From: Waddliaceae bacterium
Lineage (GTDB): Bacteria; Chlamydiota; Chlamydiia; Chlamydiales; Waddliaceae
NCBI GenBank assembly: GCA_963724325.1
Contig: CAVRUH010000007.1
Span: 128,001-192,000, forward strand
DNA: 64,000 bases
Reading direction: 5' to 3'
How positions within the stretch are numbered: position 1 is the stretch's first letter; each line of letters begins with the position of its first letter. The notes beneath the pieces were generated by a model that saw only the letters and a list, made by a program, of their open reading frames with translations, searched no databases and was not told where the DNA came from. This document shows, piece by piece, positions 1 to 10,161 of this stretch. The position numbers and the translations under genes are program-made.

Positions 1-9
1 TCCCCTTAT

Positions 10-2736
10 TTATTGATCAATAAACAATGCCTTTGCAACTTCAAAGTTACCTTCTTCGCAAATAATCTTGTACATAGAAGCATTCGGAGAATATCCTTTC
101 TTAATTAAATCTCGAATAAGAGAAATCCATTTTATACAACAGGCAGTGTGCAATGGGGATTCATAGGGCCAGACTGCTCCATATTCCATCACATCAATAA
201 AAACCATTCGAGCAATTTCATCGAAATTTGGGTGTTCATTTGGGTCGGGCTTGAAATCACCATCTTCGAACATGTGTAAAGGCGACAGTCGTTTGTAATA
301 GAAATGTACTTTTAGATGTTTGGCTGCTCCTTTTTCACAAGCATATTGGATCATCTCTTTTAATACTGCCCTGCATTCATTCCACTCACCTTCACTTTGG
401 GGCTGGTGATCCTTCCAAAACTGTCCAAATTTTCGAGCGGCCCAGCATAGACTATGCAGTACTGTTCCCCCCTTATCAATAGGATTTGGGAATTCTGGTA
501 TACGATCCAAAGCCTTCCTTATGGCATTCCAGAATGGGCGTCTTGGCCATGAATTATTGCATGTATAGAAGGAATTGATTGGCCATTTCTGATTTTCGTC
601 AAATTCAAAACATGAAAGAATGGAACTATATTCTTCCTCGCTCAGGTTTGCACTAGAACCTTGCCTTGCAAACAAATTGAGAGCTTTCTCGATCTCTTCC
701 TTCCCATTTTTGTCATCTTTTGCAAGTGATATTGCCTTTTTGAGAAGCTCCAAGACACTATTTGAAGGACGATAAAGAATAAGATTCACGACGAGCATCT
801 TAATGCACATGGAAAAGTTAAAAACTTCTGGATTGAGAAGAATCCATGTTGCGACCTTATCTTGAAGTTTTGAATTTTCAAAAATAATATCCAATAGATG
901 GACAAAATATGCTGCACTGGTTTTACTGATATCTATCATGTATTGATCAAATTCTATCTCACTAATTCTTCCTCCGATGTATTCTCTGGCTGGATTGTGA
1001 AAGTACCATTTAATACAATCAGAGAAAATCTTTACTTTTTTTTCCTGGCTGAATTTATCGGCGATAGTTTTATAGAAAACATACCCATTTTTTTCAAATA
1101 TTTCTGGCAAGTTTGGATTACAGGCAATTTGCTGCCTCTCAAGCAACTCCATTAAAGGATCAATCAATGTCAGGTCCTTTACGTCATTGATTAGACATCC
1201 TCCATCATTGATATCAAGAATAGGATGACAGTGTTCAAGTAGATAGAGGATTTTTTCCTTATTGCCGACTTCAATTTCTTTACGCAATGCCTGACCGGCG
1301 TTTATACCTGTGAGATGTTCAATCGATATTTTACCCAAATCGTATAACCTTTCAAATGCCCGTTCAGGTTTGATATGCTTAAAGGTACCATCTTTTTCAC
1401 AAAAAGTTTCCCCATGTTTTAAGCAGTATTCTAGTATTTTAGTATCATTTTTATATAGATGAATGACAGAGGGACCTCCCTCGTAAATAGGTCCTAAAGG
1501 ATATCCCGCTTCCATTATAAGAAATCGTACGATAGCATAGTCGCACGAATACTTACGGTCTTGTAATTCATGCAGTAAAGATTTCCCATTAGGCATAGGG
1601 CGCCTAAAATCGAACAAATGCTCGTGAAATACGCGCAGAATACCCATGGGTATATTATTATTTTTTTGGCTTAGAATTTTTTCAAGTGGTAAATCACCAT
1701 ATTTGTCTGCTGCATAAGGGTCGCATCCTGCATAAAGAAGGATATCGACCATTTGCTCTCTATGTTTATTTTTAATATGGTCATCTCTGATTATTCGATT
1801 CAAGAAATTATTTTTATTTTCATTTTCCCTCGGAAAAAGAATTTCCAAAACGCGGAGACTTACTAATGGAATCTTTTTGTCAGAACAGGCTTTTGCTACA
1901 TAGGGTCCTAATAAGGTACCCTCTAAAGAATTGCCATGATCTATAAACCAGCGAATGAGTCTTACGGACATTTTGGACCTTTTTTCTAAAAAGCTGTATA
2001 AAAAATCATCCGGAATTTTCCTGCCGACACTGATGGCATCTAGTAATTCAATCATGATGTCGTCACTGAATTTTTCTGTTACAAATAACATCCACTTGAA
2101 ATCGGTTACCTGAAATTTAAGATCTAGTAATTTTTTGATGACAACATAATTTTCAGACTGCAGGGCATAGTACAAGGGGTTGCCTTTGAGGTTTTTGGCA
2201 AATGGCAGAACTTTAGCTATGCCATCTTGATTTCCAGTCCGAAAAAATCCTATCAGAATGTACCTAAGGAGGTCTTCTTTTTTGTTATTTTCAGTAATGT
2301 CTTTAATCCAACCCCTATTCAGGAATTCCATAAATGTCTTGGTGCATGCTTCAAGTTGGAAAGCGTAAATATTCGCATTGGTAGAGAGGTCTTCGATAAT
2401 CCATCGAGAGATTTTTGGGTAAGATAATTCCTTATTTTCATCAGAAAGTGAGTGCCATAATGATGAAATGTCATTGAATTTCAGACTTTCCTTATTGCGT
2501 ACTACCTCAACCCAAGCAATTTTTATGGCCAAAGGTGCTCCATTTGTAATCCTAGACCAGTTCACGTATGAAGAGTGAGCGTCTTTTAACCAAATCTTTT
2601 TTATAACCTCTTGTGCAACTTGTATTGTTTCATCACTATCTTGATGAATGATCGTATGAGACCAAGCAGTAACGGCCTTTGTAAAATTATCTTCCAATTG
2701 TCTTGGAGATAGAGGTGTAGAAGTGGTGGGTGTCAT
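10..2736 (-). CDS. Large ankyrin-like repeat protein, candidate secreted effector; paralog of 2811-5585
   Basis: 908 aa ORF with ankyrin-like motifs (GNPLYYAL, GKSLLH, GTVLHSLC, SPLHTAC) and a Ser/Thr-rich N-terminus; aligns by eye over its full length with the next ORF. Confidence 0.8.
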   Translation of the reverse strand: MTPTTSTPLSPRQLEDNFTKAVTAWSHTIIHQDSDETIQVAQEVIKKIWLKDAHSSYVNWSRITNGAPLAIKIAWVEVVRNKESLKFNDISSLWHSLSDENKELSYPKISRWIIEDLSTNANIYAFQLEACTKTFMEFLNRGWIKDITENNKKEDLLRYILIGFFRTGNQDGIAKVLPFAKNLKGNPLYYALQSENYVVIKKLLDLKFQVTDFKWMLFVTEKFSDDIMIELLDAISVGRKIPDDFLYSFLEKRSKMSVRLIRWFIDHGNSLEGTLLGPYVAKACSDKKIPLVSLRVLEILFPRENENKNNFLNRIIRDDHIKNKHREQMVDILLYAGCDPYAADKYGDLPLEKILSQKNNNIPMGILRVFHEHLFDFRRPMPNGKSLLHELQDRKYSCDYAIVRFLIMEAGYPLGPIYEGGPSVIHLYKNDTKILEYCLKHGETFCEKDGTFKHIKPERAFERLYDLGKISIEHLTGINAGQALRKEIEVGNKEKILYLLEHCHPILDINDGGCLINDVKDLTLIDPLMELLERQQIACNPNLPEIFEKNGYVFYKTIADKFSQEKKVKIFSDCIKWYFHNPAREYIGGRISEIEFDQYMIDISKTSAAYFVHLLDIIFENSKLQDKVATWILLNPEVFNFSMCIKMLVVNLILYRPSNSVLELLKKAISLAKDDKNGKEEIEKALNLFARQGSSANLSEEEYSSILSCFEFDENQKWPINSFYTCNNSWPRRPFWNAIRKALDRIPEFPNPIDKGGTVLHSLCWAARKFGQFWKDHQPQSEGEWNECRAVLKEMIQYACEKGAAKHLKVHFYYKRLSPLHMFEDGDFKPDPNEHPNFDEIARMVFIDVMEYGAVWPYESPLHTACCIKWISLIRDLIKKGYSPNASMYKIICEEGNFEVAKALFIDQ

Positions 2737-2810
2737 TATGCAGCTCCTATCTTTGTTCGATTTTTTCTTTTCGCAAATAATAATACATTCAGAATTTTAA
2801 TAATGCCATT

Positions 2811-5585
2811 TCAATCTATTCCTCTATTTTTTTGATCAATAAGAAATGCTTTTGCAACTCGCAAGTCACCATTTTGGCTAATGATATCGTAGACAGAGTT
2901 ACCGTATTTATCTAGAGCATCCAGAGAATGCCCTTTCTTAATTAATTCTCGAAAGAGAGAAAGCCATCCAATGTGGCAGGCAGTGTGCAAGGGCGTTTCA
3001 TTTGGAGAGATTGCTCCATATTCCATCACATCAATAAAAACCATTCGAGCAATTTCATCAAAATTTGGGTGTTCACCAGGAATTTTCTCCAAACGACTAT
3101 CTATGAACATGTGCAAAGGGGACTGTCGTTTAAAACAGTAATATGCTTCTAGATGTTTGCATGCTCCTCTTTCACATGCATATTGGATCATCTCCTTTAA
3201 GACTGCCTTGCATTCATTCCACTCACTTTCGCTTTGAGGCTGTTGATCCTTCCATGATGACCCAAAAGATCGAACGGACAGACATATTTTATGAAGTACT
3301 GTTATCCCTTTGTTATTTGGATTTGAAAAGTCGGGTATACGATTAAAAGCCTTTCTTACTGCATTCCAGAATGGGCGTCTCGGCCATGTTTTTTGGCATT
3401 CATAGAATGATTTCACCGGCCATTCCTGATTTTCGCCTAATTCAATACATGAAAGAATGGAATCATATTCTTCCTCGCTCAGGTTTGCACTAGAACCTTC
3501 AATAGCAAACCAATGCATAGCTTTTTGGATCTCTTGCCTGCCATTCTCAGTCTTTTTAGCAAGTGCCATTGCTTTTTTGAGAAGGTCGATTACATGGTTT
3601 GAGGGTCGATAAAGAATAAGATTTGCAACAAGCATCTTAATGCACTTGGGAAAGTTAAAAACTTTCGGATTAAGGAGAATCCATGTTGCGATCTCATGCT
3701 GATGTTTTGCTTTTTCAAAAAGAGCATCTAGTAGATGGACTAAATATTTTGCACTAATTTTGCTGATATCTGTAATGAATTGATTCCACTCTAGCTTATC
3801 AATTTTTTCTCTGAAGTATCCTCCAGCTGGGGTGTCATAGGGGTTCCATTTACTTTCATAAGACAAAATCTTTACTTTTTCTTCATGGCTGAATTTATCG
3901 GCTATTGTTTTATAGAAAACATACCCATTTTTTTCAAATATTTCTGGCAAGTTTGGTTTACAGACAATTTGCTGCCTTGTAAATAACTCCAGTAAGGGAT
4001 CAATCAAGGTAAGATCCTTTACGTAATTGATTAGATATCCTCCATCTTGAATATAAAGAATAGGATTACAGTGCTCCAGAATATAGAGAATTCTTTCCTT
4101 ATTGCCGTTTATAATTTCTTTATACAATGCCCGACCGGCAGTTTGTCCTGTGAGAGATTCTATCGGCTTTTTACCCAAATCGTAAAGCCTGTCAAATGCA
4201 CTTTCAGGTTTAGTGTGCTTAAAGGTACCATCTTTTTCACAAAAAGTTTCTCCATGCTCTAAGCAGTATTCTAATATTTCATTAAAGTGTGAAAATAGAT
4301 GAATGATAGAGGGACCTCCCTCATAAATGGGTCCTAAAGGATATCCAATTTCCATTATAAGAAATCGCATGATTTCATAACTAATAATATGCGTCTTGTC
4401 TTCTATTTGGTGCAGTAAAGATTTGCCATTAGTCAGTGGGCGCTTAAAATCGTACTGATGCTTACAAAATACCTTTAGAATATCCATAGCTATGTCTTCT
4501 TTTTCCCATCCTAAAATTGCTTCAAGAGGAAATTCGCCATATTGATCTTTTTCATAGGGGTTACATCCTGCATAAAGTAGGATATCGACAATTTGCGGTT
4601 TAGTTTCTTTTACAATATATTTATCATTAAGCATTCGATTTATACAATCATCTTTATTGTCATTTTTCCAAGGAAAAACACATCTTGCCATGTGGAGATT
4701 GGATAGAGGAATCTGGATATCAGGAGAGGCCACGGCCACATAAGGACCTAATAAGGTATCATCTAAGGAATTACCACGATCTACAAACCATCGAATAAGT
4801 CTTACGGACATTGTGGACCTTTCCTCTAAAAAGCAGCGTAAAAAATCATCAGGAATTGTCTTGCCGACATAAATGATATCTAGCAATTCAATCATTCTAT
4901 CGTCACCGAATTGTTCTGGTAAAAGCAACATTGATTTGAAATCGGTTACCTGAAATCCTCGATCAAGTAACTTTTTGATGTCATCATAATCTCCATTCCG
5001 CAGAGCAAAGTATAGGGGGTCATAGTTGATATTTTTGTCAATTTTCAGAACTTTATTTATGCCATCTTGATTTCCAGAACGGCTAATTCCTATCAAAATG
5101 TACCTATAGAGCTCTTTTTTCTTATTACTTTCAGCAATGTCCTTAACCCAACCCCTATCCAGGAATTCCAGAAATGTCTCCGAGAAGCTTTCAAGATAGA
5201 AGTTGTAAATTGACTCTTTGGTGGTGAGGTCTTCAAGAGCCCGCTGAGCCCACTGTGATATTTTTGGATATGCTAATTTTTTATTTGCATCAGAAAGTGA
5301 CTGCCATAATGATGAAATATGATCGAATATCAAACATTCATTATTGTGTGCTATCTGAACCAAAGCAAATTTTATTGCCAAAGGCGCTCCCTTGGTTGCA
5401 CTAGACCAGTCCAAAGATTTTGAGTGAGTGTCTTTTAACCAAATCTTTTTAATTATCTCCTGAGCAACTTGTATTGTTTCAGCACTATCATCATGAATGA
5501 TCGTATGAGACCAAGCATTAACGGCCTCTGTAAAATTGACCTCCATTTGGGTTGGAGATATTGTTGTAGAAGTGGTGGGTATCAT
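2811..5585 (-). CDS. Large ankyrin-like repeat protein, tandem paralog
   Basis: 924 aa; DPLYFAL, GKSLLH, TPLHTAC...GHSLDALDKYGNS; upstream region nearly the same as that of the first copy. Confidence 0.8.
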   Translation of the reverse strand: MIPTTSTTISPTQMEVNFTEAVNAWSHTIIHDDSAETIQVAQEIIKKIWLKDTHSKSLDWSSATKGAPLAIKFALVQIAHNNECLIFDHISSLWQSLSDANKKLAYPKISQWAQRALEDLTTKESIYNFYLESFSETFLEFLDRGWVKDIAESNKKKELYRYILIGISRSGNQDGINKVLKIDKNINYDPLYFALRNGDYDDIKKLLDRGFQVTDFKSMLLLPEQFGDDRMIELLDIIYVGKTIPDDFLRCFLEERSTMSVRLIRWFVDRGNSLDDTLLGPYVAVASPDIQIPLSNLHMARCVFPWKNDNKDDCINRMLNDKYIVKETKPQIVDILLYAGCNPYEKDQYGEFPLEAILGWEKEDIAMDILKVFCKHQYDFKRPLTNGKSLLHQIEDKTHIISYEIMRFLIMEIGYPLGPIYEGGPSIIHLFSHFNEILEYCLEHGETFCEKDGTFKHTKPESAFDRLYDLGKKPIESLTGQTAGRALYKEIINGNKERILYILEHCNPILYIQDGGYLINYVKDLTLIDPLLELFTRQQIVCKPNLPEIFEKNGYVFYKTIADKFSHEEKVKILSYESKWNPYDTPAGGYFREKIDKLEWNQFITDISKISAKYLVHLLDALFEKAKHQHEIATWILLNPKVFNFPKCIKMLVANLILYRPSNHVIDLLKKAMALAKKTENGRQEIQKAMHWFAIEGSSANLSEEEYDSILSCIELGENQEWPVKSFYECQKTWPRRPFWNAVRKAFNRIPDFSNPNNKGITVLHKICLSVRSFGSSWKDQQPQSESEWNECKAVLKEMIQYACERGACKHLEAYYCFKRQSPLHMFIDSRLEKIPGEHPNFDEIARMVFIDVMEYGAISPNETPLHTACHIGWLSLFRELIKKGHSLDALDKYGNSVYDIISQNGDLRVAKAFLIDQKNRGID

Positions 5586-5688
5586 TGTGCAGCTCCTATC
5601 TTTGATCGACTTTTTCTTTTGGCAAATTATAATGCATTCTGAATTTTAAGACCACCGTAATCTTTACGGTATACAGACTCCTAATTTC

Positions 5689-5944
5689 AGAGGGTGCATT
5701 AGATTCTTGTATGGAGCGACCCAATTCATTGGGTCTTTTTCCGAGTCCAATTCATTGGGCTCGGTAGGGGACGATACCTTGCCATTCACATTGCGAAGGT
5801 TCAGATGGGACATTCTGCCGCAAGCAAGTTTTTCATACGGAGCAACAATCAAAAACGGACATCCATTATTATCTTTCGGTAAAAGTGTCATAGTGTAGAT
5901 ATTTTAACAGAATTGATCTATGAATTCCCTGACATTTAGATTAT
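5689..5944. repeat. Collapsed partial duplicate of 6189-6337 joined to 7268-7374
   Basis: 5689-5837 matches 6189-6337 with 4 substitutions; 5838-5944 matches 7268-7374 (dus start and prpD end). Confidence 0.9.
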
Positions 5945-6219
5945 TTAGTGAGGCATTACGGCAATTGACTGATGATGAGCGAAAAATGTTGCATATAAAA
6001 ACCTTTGGATCTGCTAAAATAGTATCCTCGAAAGGTGTAGGTAGTGCAGTGAATTATGTAAACACTAGAGATTTGGTGCCATTGATTTCGGGCTGTATTG
6101 GTGTTATCAGAAGCATGTTTGACAAGGACTACGATGTCCGCGAAGACGATTCTGAGTCCTATGAGGAGGCCCTTCGCATTGTCCGTGAAGAGGGCGCATT
6201 AGATTCCTGTATGGAGTGA
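5945..6219 (+). pseudogene. Probable 3' remnant of an unknown gene
   Basis: The ATG of ORF 5920-6219 lies inside the antisense prpD duplicate; the remainder reads as natural protein and is followed at once by a hairpin and T-tract. Confidence 0.4.
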
Positions 6220-6240
6220 CCCAATTCATTGGGTCTTTTT
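6218..6240 (+). terminator. Intrinsic terminator
   Basis: GACCCAAT-TC-ATTGGGTC perfect hairpin followed by a T-run, at the stop codon; duplicated at 5718-5740. Confidence 0.6.
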
Positions 6241-6343
6241 CCGAGTCCAATTCATTGGGCTCGGTAGGGGACGATACCTTGCCATTCACATTGCGAAGGT
6301 TCAGATGGGACATTCTGCGGCAAGCAAGTTTTTCATAAGTTCC

Positions 6344-7321
6344 TCAGGAACCCAGGTTACTCTTCATAGTTGTTAAAATACGGTCCATAAATGATTCAAA
6401 ATTAGGGCTGACTGTGGTGAGCATTTCTTGACGCTTCGCAAGCAACAAAGGACTTCCCTTAAAGAGAAAGCTCAAAAGCTGCTTCATTTTATTGATTTTA
6501 TTCCTCTCAGACATATCTTCGACCATCTGAGCGCGATACACATCAATATAGCGATGCAAAGCTTCTTGATCATTAACATGCGTCGTTCCAGCAAAATGAG
6601 CTTTAATCTGATGAAATATAAAGGGATTAATCAGGCTTCCTCGGCCAATCATGAGAGCATCGCATTTGGTCTCCTGAAGCATCCTCAAAGCATCTTCAAC
6701 ATCGAGTATATCACCATTCCCCACCACAGGTATTTTAAGCAGCGACTTTGCCTCCGCAATCAAATCCCACTTCGCCGGCGGTCCATATCCATCCACCTTA
6801 GTACGGGGATGCAGCGTTATATAGCTCGCCCCGCTTTCTTGAGCAGCCAACAAATTCTCTCTAAATAACGAGGTGTCTTCAAATCCCGACCGCATTTTAA
6901 TGGTCACCGGAATATTCACGGCCTTTACCATCGCTCGTGCATTTTCATGGAGAAAATTAGGGTCCTTAAGCAAGCTCGATCCTGCTCCACGGCCAGTGAC
7001 AGTATTTGATGGGCAGCCGCAGTTGAGGTCGATCCTGTGCGCACCACGTTTGGCGATTTCCTGCGCCATAGCTCCCATGAGCTCAGGGTCAGAGCCCATC
7101 ACCTGTGCTGCTAGAGGAATAGGTGTTGTCTCTTTCGGATCATACCTTTTGGCTAAGCTTTGCACATGAGCGTTCGAAGGAACTCTAATAAAATCAGTTA
7201 CTGCCTCATCAAATCCGCCCACAGACGCAATCGCCTTTCTAAAAGCGCGATCTCCAACTCCTTCCATCGGAGCAACAATCAAAAACGGACATCCATTATT
7301 ATCTTTTGGTAAAAGTGTCAT
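6344..7321 (-). CDS. dus: tRNA-dihydrouridine synthase
   Basis: APMEGV, DLNCGCPS, GAGSSLL, HPRT, GNGDI and MIGRG motifs. Confidence 0.95.
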   Translation of the reverse strand: MTLLPKDNNGCPFLIVAPMEGVGDRAFRKAIASVGGFDEAVTDFIRVPSNAHVQSLAKRYDPKETTPIPLAAQVMGSDPELMGAMAQEIAKRGAHRIDLNCGCPSNTVTGRGAGSSLLKDPNFLHENARAMVKAVNIPVTIKMRSGFEDTSLFRENLLAAQESGASYITLHPRTKVDGYGPPAKWDLIAEAKSLLKIPVVGNGDILDVEDALRMLQETKCDALMIGRGSLINPFIFHQIKAHFAGTTHVNDQEALHRYIDVYRAQMVEDMSERNKINKMKQLLSFLFKGSPLLLAKRQEMLTTVSPNFESFMDRILTTMKSNLGS

Positions 7322-7333
7322 AGTGTAGATATT

Positions 7334-8737
7334 TTAACAGAATTGGTCTATGAATTCCCAGACATTTAGATTATCAAGGCGATTTTTATCTTGAAATAGA
7401 GTCACTAGCTCGGCTGTTTTATCATGGGAGAAGTGGGATTTCAAATTGTGTCTAAATTTCTCATAAAGGAGGGGCAATCCTTCTTCTCTTCTTCTTTTAT
7501 GTCCAATAGGATACTCGATCTCTACCGGTTCTAATATAGTTCCGTCTTTGAAGGTAATGGTAATTTTATTCGCAATCGACCTTTTTTCAGGATCACGATA
7601 GTCTAAACTATATTGATTATTCTCAATTACATGCATTTTCTCTCTCAATGGATCTATCAAAGGGTTAGCTGCGGCCTCGGGCTCATAGTGCTCAGCCTTT
7701 AATTTTCCATGAATCATCCCAATGGCCACCATGTATTGCAAACAATGATCACGATCGGCAGGGTTGTTCAAAGGCCCTTTCTTATCAATAATTCGAATGG
7801 CGGATTCATGTGTTTCGATGTCAATTCTTTCAATCGTCTCTAGCTTGCCTTTTAGAAGGGGATGTAACTTAATGGCTGCCTCTACGGCTGTTTGTGCATG
7901 AAATTCAGCAGGAAAAGATATTTTAAAAAGGATGTTTTCAATCACATAGGAATCTAAATCTCGTGGAATTGTAAAAGGGCTTCCTTCAAATAGGACGTCG
8001 TAAAATCCCCATTGTTTTGCCGATAATGCCGTCGGATACCCCATTTCCCCTTGGAGCGCCATCAGTCCAAGCTGCACACCGCGACTGGTAGCATCGCCTG
8101 CAGCCCATGACTTTCTCGATCCTGTATTAGGCGCATGTCTATATGTACGTAGGGGTCCTGTATCAATCCAGGCATTCGAAAGAGCATTTTTAATCTGTTC
8201 TTGAGTGCCCCCGAGCATTTGTGCAGCCACTGCTGTACTCGCAACCTTCACCAAGATAACATGGTCGAAGCCAATGCGATTAAAACTGTTTTCAAGCGCC
8301 AATATTCCCTGAATCTCATAGGCTTTCACCATCGCAGTAAGCAAATCCCGCACCTTCATCGGAGAATTTCGTCGACTCATATAATCCCCAACTGCCAAAA
8401 TGGCTCCTAGATTGTCTGAAGGATGTCCCCATTCTGCCGCAAGCCATGTATCATTATAGTCAAGCCAACGTATCATGGTCCCTATATTGAATGCTGCTCG
8501 AATCGGATCCAAAATATACTTCGTACCTGGGACGCGCGATCCATTTGGAACCACAGTTCCTGGTATAACTGGACCAAGAAGTTTGGTGCATTCAGAAAAA
8601 TCTAAGGACAAAACCGCACATCCGATCGAATCGGCAAGGCATGCCCTTGCTGTATCGTAAGCTAGTTCGCTTGTGATTGATTTATTAAAGGCATAATCGG
8701 CGATAATTTCTATCGCCTCATCTACCGCTTTTTCCAT
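7334..8737 (-). CDS. prpD: 2-methylcitrate dehydratase
   Basis: [48 protein letters not shown]; start placed at the ATG overlapping the prpC stop (TAATG). Confidence 0.95.
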   Translation of the reverse strand: MEKAVDEAIEIIADYAFNKSITSELAYDTARACLADSIGCAVLSLDFSECTKLLGPVIPGTVVPNGSRVPGTKYILDPIRAAFNIGTMIRWLDYNDTWLAAEWGHPSDNLGAILAVGDYMSRRNSPMKVRDLLTAMVKAYEIQGILALENSFNRIGFDHVILVKVASTAVAAQMLGGTQEQIKNALSNAWIDTGPLRTYRHAPNTGSRKSWAAGDATSRGVQLGLMALQGEMGYPTALSAKQWGFYDVLFEGSPFTIPRDLDSYVIENILFKISFPAEFHAQTAVEAAIKLHPLLKGKLETIERIDIETHESAIRIIDKKGPLNNPADRDHCLQYMVAIGMIHGKLKAEHYEPEAAANPLIDPLREKMHVIENNQYSLDYRDPEKRSIANKITITFKDGTILEPVEIEYPIGHKRRREEGLPLLYEKFRHNLKSHFSHDKTAELVTLFQDKNRLDNLNVWEFIDQFC

Positions 8738-9858
8738 TAACGCTTCTCCAACGGAATCCATTCTCTAGGTTCTGGTCCTATGTAATTGCAGTTTGGTCTA
8801 ATCAATTTATTGTGGGCTCGTTGCTCCAAAAGATGTGCCGACCAGCCCGATATCCGCGCCATGACAAATAGGGGAGTAAACATTTCAGTCGGAATATCAC
8901 AATAATGATACGCAAGTGCACTGTAGAAGTCAAGATTTGGAAATAATTTCTTTTCATCCCACATTACCTTTTCAATCCTTTCTGCAATTGCAAAATAGTG
9001 CTCATGAGAATGGTTGTGACTAAGTTTTCGAGCCCATTCTTTAATGATTGGCGATCTCGGATCGGACGTAGTATATACCCTGTGACCAAATCCCATAATC
9101 AATTGCTTCTCCGCCAGCATCTTCTTTACTCCTGCCTCAGCCTGGTCCGGAGTTTTGAATTTTTCAATTAACCTTAAGGCATATTCATTGGCTCCGCCAT
9201 GTAGAGGACCTCGCAAGGCTCCTATTCCACCGCAGATGCACGAATAGAAATCGGACAAAGTACTTGCGATCGTTCGAACAGTAAAAGTGGAAGCATTAAA
9301 TTCATGTTCGGCATAAAGAATTAATGAGGCATTAAGACATTTTCTTTGTTCTTTAGTGGGCTCATGTCCTAAAATCAGATGCAAAATATGCCCTGCAAGA
9401 GATTCTTCATGAGTATTAAGAGAAACAAGCTCTTTTGTCTTATTGAAGTTGTACCAATAGAGTAATATCGAACCCATCGAAGCAATGAGCCGATCTGCTA
9501 CAGCAAAGGGATCCCCGCCAATTTTTTCGGGTTCAAAATTTCCCATCAATGAACATCCAGTTCGGAGAACATCCATCATGTTTGCATCATCAGGAATGAC
9601 CTCTAGGATGGTTTCAATTACAGTTGGAAGCTCTCGCAACGAACGCAACTTTTGCTGATAAGCAGCCAATTCTTTTTTATTGGGCAGGTTTCCACGAAGC
9701 AAAAGCCATGCTACTTCTTCAAATGATGCATTGGCTGCTAGTGCATCGATGCTATAGCCCCGATATTCAAGCGTTTGATCCGTAGCTCCGCAAAGGCAAA
9801 TGCTTGAATCACCCGCAATAATACCAGCCAATCCGCCGCTCTTTTTCGTGTCTACCAT
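8737..9858 (-). CDS. prpC: 2-methylcitrate/citrate synthase
   Basis: [36 protein letters not shown]; coupled to prpD. Confidence 0.92.
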   Translation of the reverse strand: MVDTKKSGGLAGIIAGDSSICLCGATDQTLEYRGYSIDALAANASFEEVAWLLLRGNLPNKKELAAYQQKLRSLRELPTVIETILEVIPDDANMMDVLRTGCSLMGNFEPEKIGGDPFAVADRLIASMGSILLYWYNFNKTKELVSLNTHEESLAGHILHLILGHEPTKEQRKCLNASLILYAEHEFNASTFTVRTIASTLSDFYSCICGGIGALRGPLHGGANEYALRLIEKFKTPDQAEAGVKKMLAEKQLIMGFGHRVYTTSDPRSPIIKEWARKLSHNHSHEHYFAIAERIEKVMWDEKKLFPNLDFYSALAYHYCDIPTEMFTPLFVMARISGWSAHLLEQRAHNKLIRPNCNYIGPEPREWIPLEKR

Positions 9859-10161
9859 ACCAACCTCCTTTAAAATTTAAACTAACATAAATCGAAATTT
9901 TTTGGAAATATATTGCATAAAAGCATTATTTAATGTTAAATTGTGTCAAAAAAAGGGAATATGATGAATATTGATATCAATACCTGATCATATGATAGAA
10001 CAAAGGCGATATAAATTTTATAAAGCTATTATATCTAATCTCAATAATTTGGGAATGAAGTTTAAAGATACAAGTTTTGAACAAGAACTCCGAGAAGACA
10101 TGCCTATCCTTAAGCGATCTCTTAGGTATTATATTTAATTTCGGAGAAACTGTTGCAAACT

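Noticed and set aside
5664..5891. 75-aa ORF as a second dus gene
   Set aside because: Only the first 17 codons are dus; the rest is non-coding duplicate sequence
5689..6337. Possible DGR template/variable repeat pair
   Set aside because: The 4 differences are not one-directional adenine changes, no reverse transcriptase is present, and duplication plus deletion explains it
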